From Clostridia bacterium (GTDB lineage Bacteria > Bacillota > Clostridia > TANB77 > CAG-508): a stretch of DNA of 64,000 nt. Position numbers and translations under genes: made by a program. Where the stretch lies: contig JAFTFU010000002.1 in the NCBI GenBank assembly GCA_017458285.1, positions 92,171 through 156,170 of the forward strand, in the 5' to 3' direction. The notes under the pieces are model-generated. The model ran no database searches. It was not told where the DNA came from and was given only the letters and a program-made list of their open reading frames with translations. Shown here in pieces: positions 47,886 through 56,419 of the stretch. The number at the start of each line of letters is the position of its first letter. The stretch's first letter is position 1.

Positions 47886-49427
47886 TTATTCGCCGACAGG
47901 AATGTTACCGTATTTTGTAACAACAAATTTACTGTCAGTAGTATCATCATCCATAATTCCTAACTTAACTGAATCATTTTTACTGAAATTTGTTCCCATA
48001 TTTTGCTTACCAAAAATTGCATAACATTTTACTTCAATATCAGAAACAGTCATATCTTCTAAAAGACCTTTTTCAAAATTGTCTTTTAAAGAAATAAAAT
48101 CAGCATTATCTTTTAATGCTGATTCAAATTTTGTAAATATTTGATTTTTCTCAGCTATTTCCGCAGTTTTGTTTCTTACCTGTTCATCTTGAACATAAGC
48201 ATCATACTTGATTTTCATATCATCATATTTCGCTTTTATAGCAATATAATCTTTTTGTACGGCAGTACAATCATTTTGTACAGCTGTATAATCAGCCTGT
48301 ATGTCTGCGACCTTTTGATTTGCTTCTTCGACTTTCTGAAATGCTTTATCTTCAATTTGAGTAATATCAGCGCCAATATCAAAAACAGTTTCAGAAGATT
48401 GTGTACCATCTACATAATCTTCATAAACTATTTTCTTTCTTTTAGCGGATTCAAAATTAACAATAGGTTTATCACCATCTACTGTATAAGGACAGCCGTA
48501 AAATCCATAATTCTTTCTATCACGAACAATTACTTCGCTGTCTTGAATATCTACTAAACGATAACGAGAGATAGAATCACCCCATCTATCTGTTATCATT
48601 TCACTTTGAGAAACAATATTGCCAATATCTTCAAATTGTTCTATTGTAGTCTGAAAGTCTGTATTAGAATTAGACATTTTTTCATTACCTCCTTGCGTAA
48701 AATCAGTGTTTTGACTTTGTGTTGAATTAGAATTTATTTTTGCAAATTCCGTGTATTTATTATTCAATTCATCTTGTATTTTCTTTATAAAATCTGATAC
48801 AGTAAATTGAACTTCAACAGTTGAGTTAATCATTGCAGGACTATATTTGTCGCCTAAAATACAAGCAGCTCTAAATGAAAACTTTGTAAAATGGAACAAT
48901 CCATTTTCATCCTCATATCCATCATAGGAATCTTCATCATCCCATAATTCCATAGAATGAGATTTAATAATATCTCTTTTCATTATTTCTGAGCTATCTT
49001 CAAACATATCCCACATTATACCATCAACGACTAAAAATGTTCTTGTCTCACCATCATCACATAATCTTTCCTCGTAATGTGCATTATTATCTTCAGATGA
49101 TAAAATAACACCATAAGCTGAACCAACATATTTATGTTCAATCCCATTTTCAGTTTTTACGATAATATATCTATGGTCAGAAAAATCGTTTGTATCTTTA
49201 TCATCTTTACTCCCATTATCTTCTACGAAGCCAACAATAGGTACATATTGTAAAGTAGGAATAGCTTTATCAACTACTTCTTTTTCAAAAACTGAACCGT
49301 TAAAGTTCTGACCAAGATGTAAAAGCCATATTTTTACTTTGATAAATCTTTTACTTTCGTCATTTATATCATCTATCTTTTGAAACATTACAGGAAGTGA
49401 TAATTTTGACTTGACTTTTACTGACAT
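47886..49427 (-). CDS. Putative prohead protease/scaffolding protein
   Basis: Lies between the portal and capsid genes. The C-terminal half is coiled coil (KVADIQADYTAVQNDCTAVQKDYIAIKAKYDDMKIKYDAY). Confidence 0.4.
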   Translation of the reverse strand: MSVKVKSKLSLPVMFQKIDDINDESKRFIKVKIWLLHLGQNFNGSVFEKEVVDKAIPTLQYVPIVGFVEDNGSKDDKDTNDFSDHRYIIVKTENGIEHKYVGSAYGVILSSEDNNAHYEERLCDDGETRTFLVVDGIMWDMFEDSSEIMKRDIIKSHSMELWDDEDSYDGYEDENGLFHFTKFSFRAACILGDKYSPAMINSTVEVQFTVSDFIKKIQDELNNKYTEFAKINSNSTQSQNTDFTQGGNEKMSNSNTDFQTTIEQFEDIGNIVSQSEMITDRWGDSISRYRLVDIQDSEVIVRDRKNYGFYGCPYTVDGDKPIVNFESAKRKKIVYEDYVDGTQSSETVFDIGADITQIEDKAFQKVEEANQKVADIQADYTAVQNDCTAVQKDYIAIKAKYDDMKIKYDAYVQDEQVRNKTAEIAEKNQIFTKFESALKDNADFISLKDNFEKGLLEDMTVSDIEVKCYAIFGKQNMGTNFSKNDSVKLGIMDDDTTDSKFVVTKYGNIPVGE

Positions 49428-49439
49428 ACCATCACCGCC

Positions 49440-50981
49440 TTACATATTATTTTTATCTCCATCAACACTCTTTTCACCTTCATCAGATAATGGTTTGCCT
49501 ACCGAATCATTTGTAGGTCTGCCAGTCTGACTCGAAGAATTATAAGAAGAATTGAGGGGAACAAAGTTATTTTTAAAATCAAAAATATCTTTATGCAAAA
49601 TATAAGACCCCATCGTTCTTGATGGAGTCATGTCTAATGTTGCTAACCATTTATCAATAACCGTTGCACCTAAAGTACAAGCCTCCTTGTATCGTTTAGA
49701 AACATTATCTCTATTAAAAATTGTAATATCCAATAGATAAAAATTGAACTTATATGTTTTTTTGTTATATCCTTTTAATTTAATATAACGATTGCACCAT
49801 CGTTCTAATTGTCTATAAATATTGTAAATAAAAGCAGAATCATTTTCTATAGAATACGTAACTGCTGTAGCTGAAGCAGAACCATTAAACAATTCCTTGG
49901 TTTCGCCGGAGCTATTGTATAATTCATCAACTGCATCAGATACATTATTCCGAGTATTAGCAGAATCTTTAAAACTTATAGCTTGACCCGTAGAACCCAA
50001 TGTATGTATTAAACCAATATCATCACTCATATTCTCTTTGTTAATCTCTGCAAATATTCGCAATGTATCGGGTGTCAGTAAAGGCTTGTCAACCATTTTT
50101 TCATCAATAGGAACTTTCACCATAATTGCCTTATAGTTATCAGTTCTTGCTGATTGTAGTTTTAATTGTTTATAAACATCGACATCTAAAATATCTTTAA
50201 TCAAATTAATTAAAACAGGGAATGGGTAAGACCATTGATTGTTAAACTTTATACAGATCTGTTTATCTGAGGGTGGCAAATACCATTTATCAATTATGTC
50301 TTTTTTGTAATCATTGTATGCCTGTTGTACATAATCAGGATAAGCAGATAGTTTATCTTTGTTTATAGCAGATAAGTTTATTATAAAATTATATAATCCA
50401 TCGTCGATTTGATATAATTTACAAATATTATAATTTATCTCTTGATAATAAAAAGTATTATCATTTTCTACAACTAAACCACAATAAATATCTTGATAAG
50501 GCAATACTCTTACTATTTTTGAAAATTCATGTTTAATATTCATATTTTCAAATTTTGATGCGATAGCATTATAAGCTGTTTTAACAGTTTTAATATTTGC
50601 TTTATGTGAAATATCATATAAGTCTATCCACCAACAAAATAAAGCCATATTACCATATAACATATTTAATCTATAATAATGAGGCGAACTGTGCATTAAC
50701 ATTCTTGATACCGATAATAATACTTTCCAATAATGCTTTGGATATTTTATGGCAGTTAAAATTGTATCTAACTTATATTCTCCCAAACAACCAGTTTCTA
50801 ATATATTGGTATTTAAACATAAATCATTTATCATCAATCTTCTAAAAGAGCTATAATCAATATTATTATTTTTTATTGAATCATTGAATCTTTGTTCATC
50901 TTTTTTGTAGTCTTCTTTAGAGTAAATAGTTCGATATTGATATTGTTTTTGTTTACTTTCTTTCTTAGATTTTTTGCCCAT
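49440..50981 (-). CDS. Portal protein
   Basis: About 510 aa, directly downstream of TerL. GAGGTG precedes ATG 50981. Confidence 0.6.
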   Translation of the reverse strand: MGKKSKKESKQKQYQYRTIYSKEDYKKDEQRFNDSIKNNNIDYSSFRRLMINDLCLNTNILETGCLGEYKLDTILTAIKYPKHYWKVLLSVSRMLMHSSPHYYRLNMLYGNMALFCWWIDLYDISHKANIKTVKTAYNAIASKFENMNIKHEFSKIVRVLPYQDIYCGLVVENDNTFYYQEINYNICKLYQIDDGLYNFIINLSAINKDKLSAYPDYVQQAYNDYKKDIIDKWYLPPSDKQICIKFNNQWSYPFPVLINLIKDILDVDVYKQLKLQSARTDNYKAIMVKVPIDEKMVDKPLLTPDTLRIFAEINKENMSDDIGLIHTLGSTGQAISFKDSANTRNNVSDAVDELYNSSGETKELFNGSASATAVTYSIENDSAFIYNIYRQLERWCNRYIKLKGYNKKTYKFNFYLLDITIFNRDNVSKRYKEACTLGATVIDKWLATLDMTPSRTMGSYILHKDIFDFKNNFVPLNSSYNSSSQTGRPTNDSVGKPLSDEGEKSVDGDKNNM

Positions 50982-51000
50982 AACACAATTCACCTCAATT

Positions 51001-52911
51001 CTAATATATTTTAGGTTTGCGATTTAATTGCCTTAACCCTTTAGCATAATTCCTCATTGTATAATCATGCGGTAGTTTTTTAAACAATTCTTTTTCTATT
51101 TGTCTTTGCACCCAATAATTATACGCAGCAGAACTATATCTATCTTTTCTCGCACCTGATTTTTCCTTTATCTGAATTTGCGTACCTACAACTTTATGCT
51201 GTAAACCTACTAATTCTCTGACGAACAAATCTGTGTTGATATATGGTAATTGCAAGGACAATCTATCACTTGGTATCATTTTATTATAACCTTTAAAGTT
51301 ATCTTTTAATATTTCTTCACTTTCATCTTTAGAAACTAATAAATTAATTTTATTATTTTGAATACCTGTTCGCAGTTGAGTACATAATTCTGTGTTTAAA
51401 CTATCATACGCTTGTATAGCCCATATTACCTTCTGTGCATTTTGTTGAGCAAACGACTCATTCAAATCCTTATTCTTTTTTAAAACATCAGTTTCGTAAC
51501 AAGCTAATGCTGGATATACTATTCCTGTATGGGTATCAATTAAATCTTTCATCAATTCTTGTACAATAGGCAATCCTAAACCTCCAGCATCTATTGCTAA
51601 ATCAGTTGCTTTAAAATAATCAAATAGTATTCTTATTTTTAATGCCAAATCACTACCGATAATTCCCTCTATGCTTGTTAAATAAACAAAATTTCCAATA
51701 TATGTATTTCTATTTGTAGGTATAGCACGATTTAAAATAATAGAACTTGCATCGTTTTTATGCCTTGTAGAAGCCATCAATGCAATATCTACCGATAATA
51801 TTCTTCTTTCGTTTAACAATAAATCGGGTATAGCAGGAATAACTAAATTTTTAGACAAGTCATTTTTAAAATAATAAGGTATTTCAATTTTTCGTATGTT
51901 TAACAAATCATCATAATCAAAGAAAGCACCATCTGAGTCTCCAAAAAACAACCCTTCCATTTCAATAGAAAATTTTATTTCGTCAAAATCATCTTCGCTC
52001 ATTTCATCTTGTATTTGTTCTCTCGATAATAAATTATTTTTAATTGCGATTTGATATGGTAGATCGCAAACAAAGTATTTTTTATCATCTCTTAACATAT
52101 TTTTAAAATACGTTCGTGCTTTTGTGAAAGACCAGTGACTTTTATAATAAGCCGAGCCTGTATATATTTCTTTGTTTCTTTCTTGTAAATGTGCGTATTC
52201 TGGTAAATCTAAATATGCTGGATGTCTTGGTGCTGTTAAAAATCTACGCAATACAGTGTTGATTGTATTCAAATCTAACATCCAAAATTCATCAATAAAA
52301 AGAATATTTGCTCTTGCACCTCTGGCTGTATCAGATGGTGTAACGACTTTAATCCAAGAACCATTTGCAAATTGTATTTCAGCTTTGTTTTCACCAACAA
52401 CAGAATACGTTATTTCTTTCCGTAGATTTTCCGAACCCCATCCATAGTTCTTCATTAAATCTTCTGTTATCTTTAACAACATTTCATTTCCTTGCCTTCT
52501 TGTACTTGCAGCAACTACTATTTTAGTATGTGGAAATAAAATAGCATAAGTACAAGCACATATACTATCAAGAAATGTTTTACCTTGCCCCCTACTGGCG
52601 ATATATAGACTATAGTTGTTATGTAAAAATTCCCATAACAATACCTTTTGAAAATTCTTTAAATTAATATTAAGATAATGCTCCACAAAGAGATGCGGAT
52701 TTGCTCTAAATATCCCCACAAATTTAGCAATCTTTTTTAAAAATTCTAAATACTTATCATTTATTTGAATAGTCTTGTGTTTTTCTATTGCCTCATTAAC
52801 ACTATTATCTTTGTCATAATCCTCATAATCATTATCAGAAACATTTCTATCTAAAACCACGCCATCATCTATGTTTTTAATATTCATTTCGTCAATCATA
52901 ATATCGCCCAC
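51001..52911 (-). CDS. terL: Terminase large subunit
   Basis: Walker A ASRGQGKTF, Walker B ILFIDEFWM, and a C-terminal nuclease-like region with DAGGLG. Confidence 0.85.
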   Translation of the reverse strand: MGDIMIDEMNIKNIDDGVVLDRNVSDNDYEDYDKDNSVNEAIEKHKTIQINDKYLEFLKKIAKFVGIFRANPHLFVEHYLNINLKNFQKVLLWEFLHNNYSLYIASRGQGKTFLDSICACTYAILFPHTKIVVAASTRRQGNEMLLKITEDLMKNYGWGSENLRKEITYSVVGENKAEIQFANGSWIKVVTPSDTARGARANILFIDEFWMLDLNTINTVLRRFLTAPRHPAYLDLPEYAHLQERNKEIYTGSAYYKSHWSFTKARTYFKNMLRDDKKYFVCDLPYQIAIKNNLLSREQIQDEMSEDDFDEIKFSIEMEGLFFGDSDGAFFDYDDLLNIRKIEIPYYFKNDLSKNLVIPAIPDLLLNERRILSVDIALMASTRHKNDASSIILNRAIPTNRNTYIGNFVYLTSIEGIIGSDLALKIRILFDYFKATDLAIDAGGLGLPIVQELMKDLIDTHTGIVYPALACYETDVLKKNKDLNESFAQQNAQKVIWAIQAYDSLNTELCTQLRTGIQNNKINLLVSKDESEEILKDNFKGYNKMIPSDRLSLQLPYINTDLFVRELVGLQHKVVGTQIQIKEKSGARKDRYSSAAYNYWVQRQIEKELFKKLPHDYTMRNYAKGLRQLNRKPKIY

Positions 52912-54020
52912 TACTCTTCAGAATTGGAGTTGCCGCCTATACCACCAAAAATGTTATCAAATGATGTTTCCGAATCATAATCATCTTCATATTGTGGTTT
53001 ATTAACAGTAAATTGTTTCATTAGTTTAGAGTATGTTTCAGAATAAAAGTTCTGTATTCCGACCGCTTTGCAAGTATGTCCTCTTATAAATCCATCTAAT
53101 TCGCCTATATGATCTATATCAGCCAAATGTCCTTGTGGCGTAGGAATAGGTTTTAAAATTGTATCTTCCCATATTTCTGCCATTTCACCCAATGTGCGTT
53201 TATCGGTAGATAAAATATCGTTTTCTTTACTTTGTTTCGGCTGTAATTTACCTGTGTCAAGCAAATCTTTAAATGTCCTATCTAAGTCTTTTGTATCTTC
53301 ACCAGCGATATTAGCTTTATGTGCTTTCCATCTATTAAAACATATTGCCTTAAATACTTCTTCTTGTGCTTTAGTCTGACATTCATGCCGAGAAGTCCAA
53401 TCGTCATATTCGTTTTGTAAAAACACATAATCGTCTGAATTAAGACCACTACCAAAAAACTTACTTGCTTTAGTAACAATAGCTTCTTGATTAAAATCAT
53501 CATCATTAAAACTCGACATTAGTTTTTGTTTTTTTTTTATATCTTGATAATCTTTAAAAATTGTATCATTGTAATCTTTGGTTTTATATTGAAGTAATTT
53601 AACATGACGAAAATAATAAGGCATAAAACTCAATTCATTTTTTGAATTATCATTCTTTTTGGTAAATTCTGTCATTGCATTTTCATACAAATCATCTGAA
53701 TAATATAAATCAAATGACATACATATTCGTTGTGTTGCTTTTTTGTCAGGATTTTTATACTCTCTATTTTGACATTCTTTTAAGTATTCATCATATATTT
53801 TATTAATACAATCTTTACAATACGGCAATTTACCTTTTGCTTTGTATAAAATACTATCAGAATCATAGTATTCATTTATATCATTATCCTCGCCACAACA
53901 AGCACAAGACATCATAATCTTTGCTGTTTTGTCTTTGGGAGGTCTACCTCTTGGTCTTGGGTTGGATTGCACATCAGAAAGTGATATATCAATTTTAGGT
54001 GGTCTACCTCTTTTACTCAT
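52911..54020 (-). CDS. DNA-binding protein with two AT-hook motifs (small terminase candidate)
   Basis: KRGRPPK and PRGRPPK in the first 30 aa, then a Cys cluster (SCACCGE...CKDC). Directly upstream of terL. Confidence 0.4.
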   Translation of the reverse strand: MSKRGRPPKIDISLSDVQSNPRPRGRPPKDKTAKIMMSCACCGEDNDINEYYDSDSILYKAKGKLPYCKDCINKIYDEYLKECQNREYKNPDKKATQRICMSFDLYYSDDLYENAMTEFTKKNDNSKNELSFMPYYFRHVKLLQYKTKDYNDTIFKDYQDIKKKQKLMSSFNDDDFNQEAIVTKASKFFGSGLNSDDYVFLQNEYDDWTSRHECQTKAQEEVFKAICFNRWKAHKANIAGEDTKDLDRTFKDLLDTGKLQPKQSKENDILSTDKRTLGEMAEIWEDTILKPIPTPQGHLADIDHIGELDGFIRGHTCKAVGIQNFYSETYSKLMKQFTVNKPQYEDDYDSETSFDNIFGGIGGNSNSEE

Positions 54021-54051
54021 ACTTCACACCATCTTTCAATTTTCTTTTTTG

Positions 54052-55461
54052 TCATTTATTCATTTGTACCCTATTAGATTTAATGGGTGTGTAAATAACA
54101 TCCGTTAAACCATCCTCAATATCAAAAATAAATGTTTTACATTGTCGTTTAGAAGAATACCCATTGTCTGTAGTCCACTTAGACTTTGCGCTAATAGTGG
54201 GTAATCTTTGTATTCGCATATTAAACTCTTCCATTAAAACATTCTCAGTATGTAAATGTTGTAAAAACACCTCTGTTGTATCAACATCTGACCAATACTC
54301 TCTCGCTTCGTCTGCAATGAGCATAGGTAATTTCTTAACATTTGCATCATGAGCAAAGCATAATAATGTTTTGCCGAATTTCATATACTTTCTTGCAAGC
54401 GGTAAATAATCAACATTTATCGTATTATCGTTTCTGTACCACGCATCAATAAACTTTGCTATCTTAAAACCAGTTTGTTCATCATGATTAGCAGGAACGT
54501 ATATTACTTTTACTTTAGCTTTTTGACTTAATATATCAATAGCTTTGATTAACATATCACAACATCTTTCATAAGCATCATAATAATGAATATCGCAATC
54601 CTGTGCCGTGCCTTTGGTTGTCGTATTCTGTATGCTATCATTATTCAGCATATCACCGCCTATAATAAAAACTATTTCATTAAATTTATAATTGTTCGTT
54701 CTTGTGACTATATCTTCAATAACATAGGAAAACAAATCTTCCGCAATATCACAATCATATTCGTTTCCTGTTGTTAGCATTGAAGCTTGCAAATTCATAT
54801 GTAAATCAGCTATATTTATCAAAAGCAATTTATCGCCTTGTAAATAATCATTTCTTTCTTTAATCTTAGGCAAAGAGTAATTTCTATCTAATTTATCAAA
54901 AACTTCTTCTATCTTTGAAAGCGAAATATTATTATCCTGTATAGGTTTAACTGTCAAATAACTTGCATAGAGAGTAACAATACCATCTTGCTTACTTATA
55001 ACTTGACGAATGGTATTTCTTGCACTTGATATTTGCCATAATGAACTGTCAAACCCATGAGCTTTTAAAAGATATTCGGGATCTTTACTATCATTTTCAG
55101 TCATTTCTAATAGTTTACTGCTTGATAACGAGCCATCTTTGTTAATAGATACTTCACAGCCAAAACGCTTTTGAATATCATCAATTTTATTCTCTTGCTT
55201 GTGTTCATCACTTTGGTTATTTGTATTATTATTTTTTAATGAATTTTTGTGTTTCAAGTATTCATAAATAAAATAACCACCAAAAATCGTACCATTCGCT
55301 TTTCTGAGACTGTCGGTTGATATAGGTAATTGATATTGGTTGCATATTTCAGACCAATCTAAATCAATGTCACCATTCTTTTTATTAATAATAGTTCGCA
55401 AACATTCTTCGTATTGTTCTGCTGACAAGTCATATTGTTCCAATTCTTTTAAAATATCCAT
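54052..55461 (-). CDS. Calcineurin-like metallophosphoesterase domain protein
   Basis: NIADLHMN (DxH), IIGGDMLNND (GD) and VPANHDEQ (GNHD/E-like), in the canonical order. Confidence 0.55.
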   Translation of the reverse strand: MDILKELEQYDLSAEQYEECLRTIINKKNGDIDLDWSEICNQYQLPISTDSLRKANGTIFGGYFIYEYLKHKNSLKNNNTNNQSDEHKQENKIDDIQKRFGCEVSINKDGSLSSSKLLEMTENDSKDPEYLLKAHGFDSSLWQISSARNTIRQVISKQDGIVTLYASYLTVKPIQDNNISLSKIEEVFDKLDRNYSLPKIKERNDYLQGDKLLLINIADLHMNLQASMLTTGNEYDCDIAEDLFSYVIEDIVTRTNNYKFNEIVFIIGGDMLNNDSIQNTTTKGTAQDCDIHYYDAYERCCDMLIKAIDILSQKAKVKVIYVPANHDEQTGFKIAKFIDAWYRNDNTINVDYLPLARKYMKFGKTLLCFAHDANVKKLPMLIADEAREYWSDVDTTEVFLQHLHTENVLMEEFNMRIQRLPTISAKSKWTTDNGYSSKRQCKTFIFDIEDGLTDVIYTPIKSNRVQMNK

Positions 55462-55499
55462 ATATTCACACTACTTTCTTTTGTTTTTATTTAGTTTGG

Positions 55500-55671
55500 T
55501 TATTGGTAGGGCGACGTATCCTACATTTCGGATACCTTTCCGGATGTATCGGAAACCATTTCCGCTCTCAATAACCTAATAAGGCACAGTGACAGACTAT
55601 AAAGCCTACCGCTGTGCCGACCCGTAAAGAGTATATCTTTGTTTATAAGACCCGCAAGGGGTAGAATTGTT
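55500..55671 (-). ncRNA. G/C-enriched structured RNA segment between the tRNA and the next gene
   Basis: Stems: ACCC-GCAA-GGGT tetraloop hairpin (55650-55661), GGCACAG/CTGTGCC (55583-55618), TTTCCG/CGGAAA (55537-55555) and mutually exclusive GTAGG/CCTAC versus GTATCC/GGATAC pairings (55506-55536). Confidence 0.35.
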
Positions 55672-55747
55672 TGGGTGCAGAGGCAAGACTTGAACTTGCA
55701 ATCTTCAGGATATGAACCTGCCGAGCTACCATTGCTACTACTCTGCA
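55672..55747 (-). tRNA. tRNA with CAU anticodon (Met or lysidine-modified Ile2), CCA encoded
   Basis: 76 nt. Acceptor TGCAGAG/CTCTGCA, discriminator C plus CCA. Anticodon stem GCAGG/CCTGA with loop TTCATAT. T-arm GCAAG-TTCAAGT-CTTGC. The D-arm (TAGC-AATGGTA-GCTC) is slightly irregular. Confidence 0.65.
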
Positions 55748-55787
55748 ATATAATATTTGCAACAACAAAACAATCAAATATCCGATA

Positions 55788-55827
55788 ATAAAAAATTAAA
55801 GCTGCGACTTACCACAGTCACAGCTTT
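55788..55827 (-). terminator. Rho-independent terminator after the HU-like gene
   Basis: aaagctg / cagcttt stem with an inner GACT/AGTC pairing, followed on the minus strand by AATTTTTT. Confidence 0.5.
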
Positions 55828-55934
55828 AACATAATAAAAGAAAGGTGTTAAAATATGAATATTATATATAAACAGCTATTGCTGTTCATACCAAAAAATA
55901 AATAAATTAAGTATAGGACTCACTCGTAATCCTA

Positions 55935-56264
55935 CTATTTGGAATTTAGTTTTTGACAATATGTTCTGGTGATATTAACTTTTGGTTTAATTCTACTTGA
56001 TATAGTCATTTGCTTACCAGTTAAATTATTAACCTTTGTTTGCTCAGGTGCATATTCACCTTGAATCGTCATACCTTCAAACAACTTGATTTTTATATTT
56101 TGCTCATTTGTTGTCATAGATAAATATTGTCTTATATTATTTTCCAGTTCATTATAAATCATACGAATAGTATCTATGTCATATAATCTACCATTCTTTG
56201 CTATATCTCTTATAAGTTTGTCTTTTGTAATTGTAATTGTTTTTGTAGTTATTTCATTATTCAA
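55935..56264 (-). CDS. HU/IHF-like DNA-binding protein
   Basis: 109 aa. IKLFEGMTIQGEYAPEQTKVNNLTGKQMTISSRIKPKVNIT follows the HU beta-arm pattern (GFG.f....r.grNP.TGe.i.I....v.f). Confidence 0.5.
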   Translation of the reverse strand: MNNEITTKTITITKDKLIRDIAKNGRLYDIDTIRMIYNELENNIRQYLSMTTNEQNIKIKLFEGMTIQGEYAPEQTKVNNLTGKQMTISSRIKPKVNITRTYCQKLNSK

Positions 56265-56419
56265 TTCCCTTCACACCTCTATTATAAAATTATTCTATTA
56301 TGGGTTATTTTTTCTTGTTTCCCCTATTAGCAACTTTTTTTGATTTTTATAATACCTAAAAATAAGGTAATTCAGTTTTGATTAAATATTCTAAATTACC
56401 CTAAATTTAGGCATTATAT

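Noticed and set aside
55521-55748. 75-aa ORF on the minus strand
   Set aside because: It is made entirely of the tRNA(CAU) gene and the adjacent structured RNA segment. It has no SD, and its Ser/Gly/Cys-rich translation is typical of reading through RNA genes.
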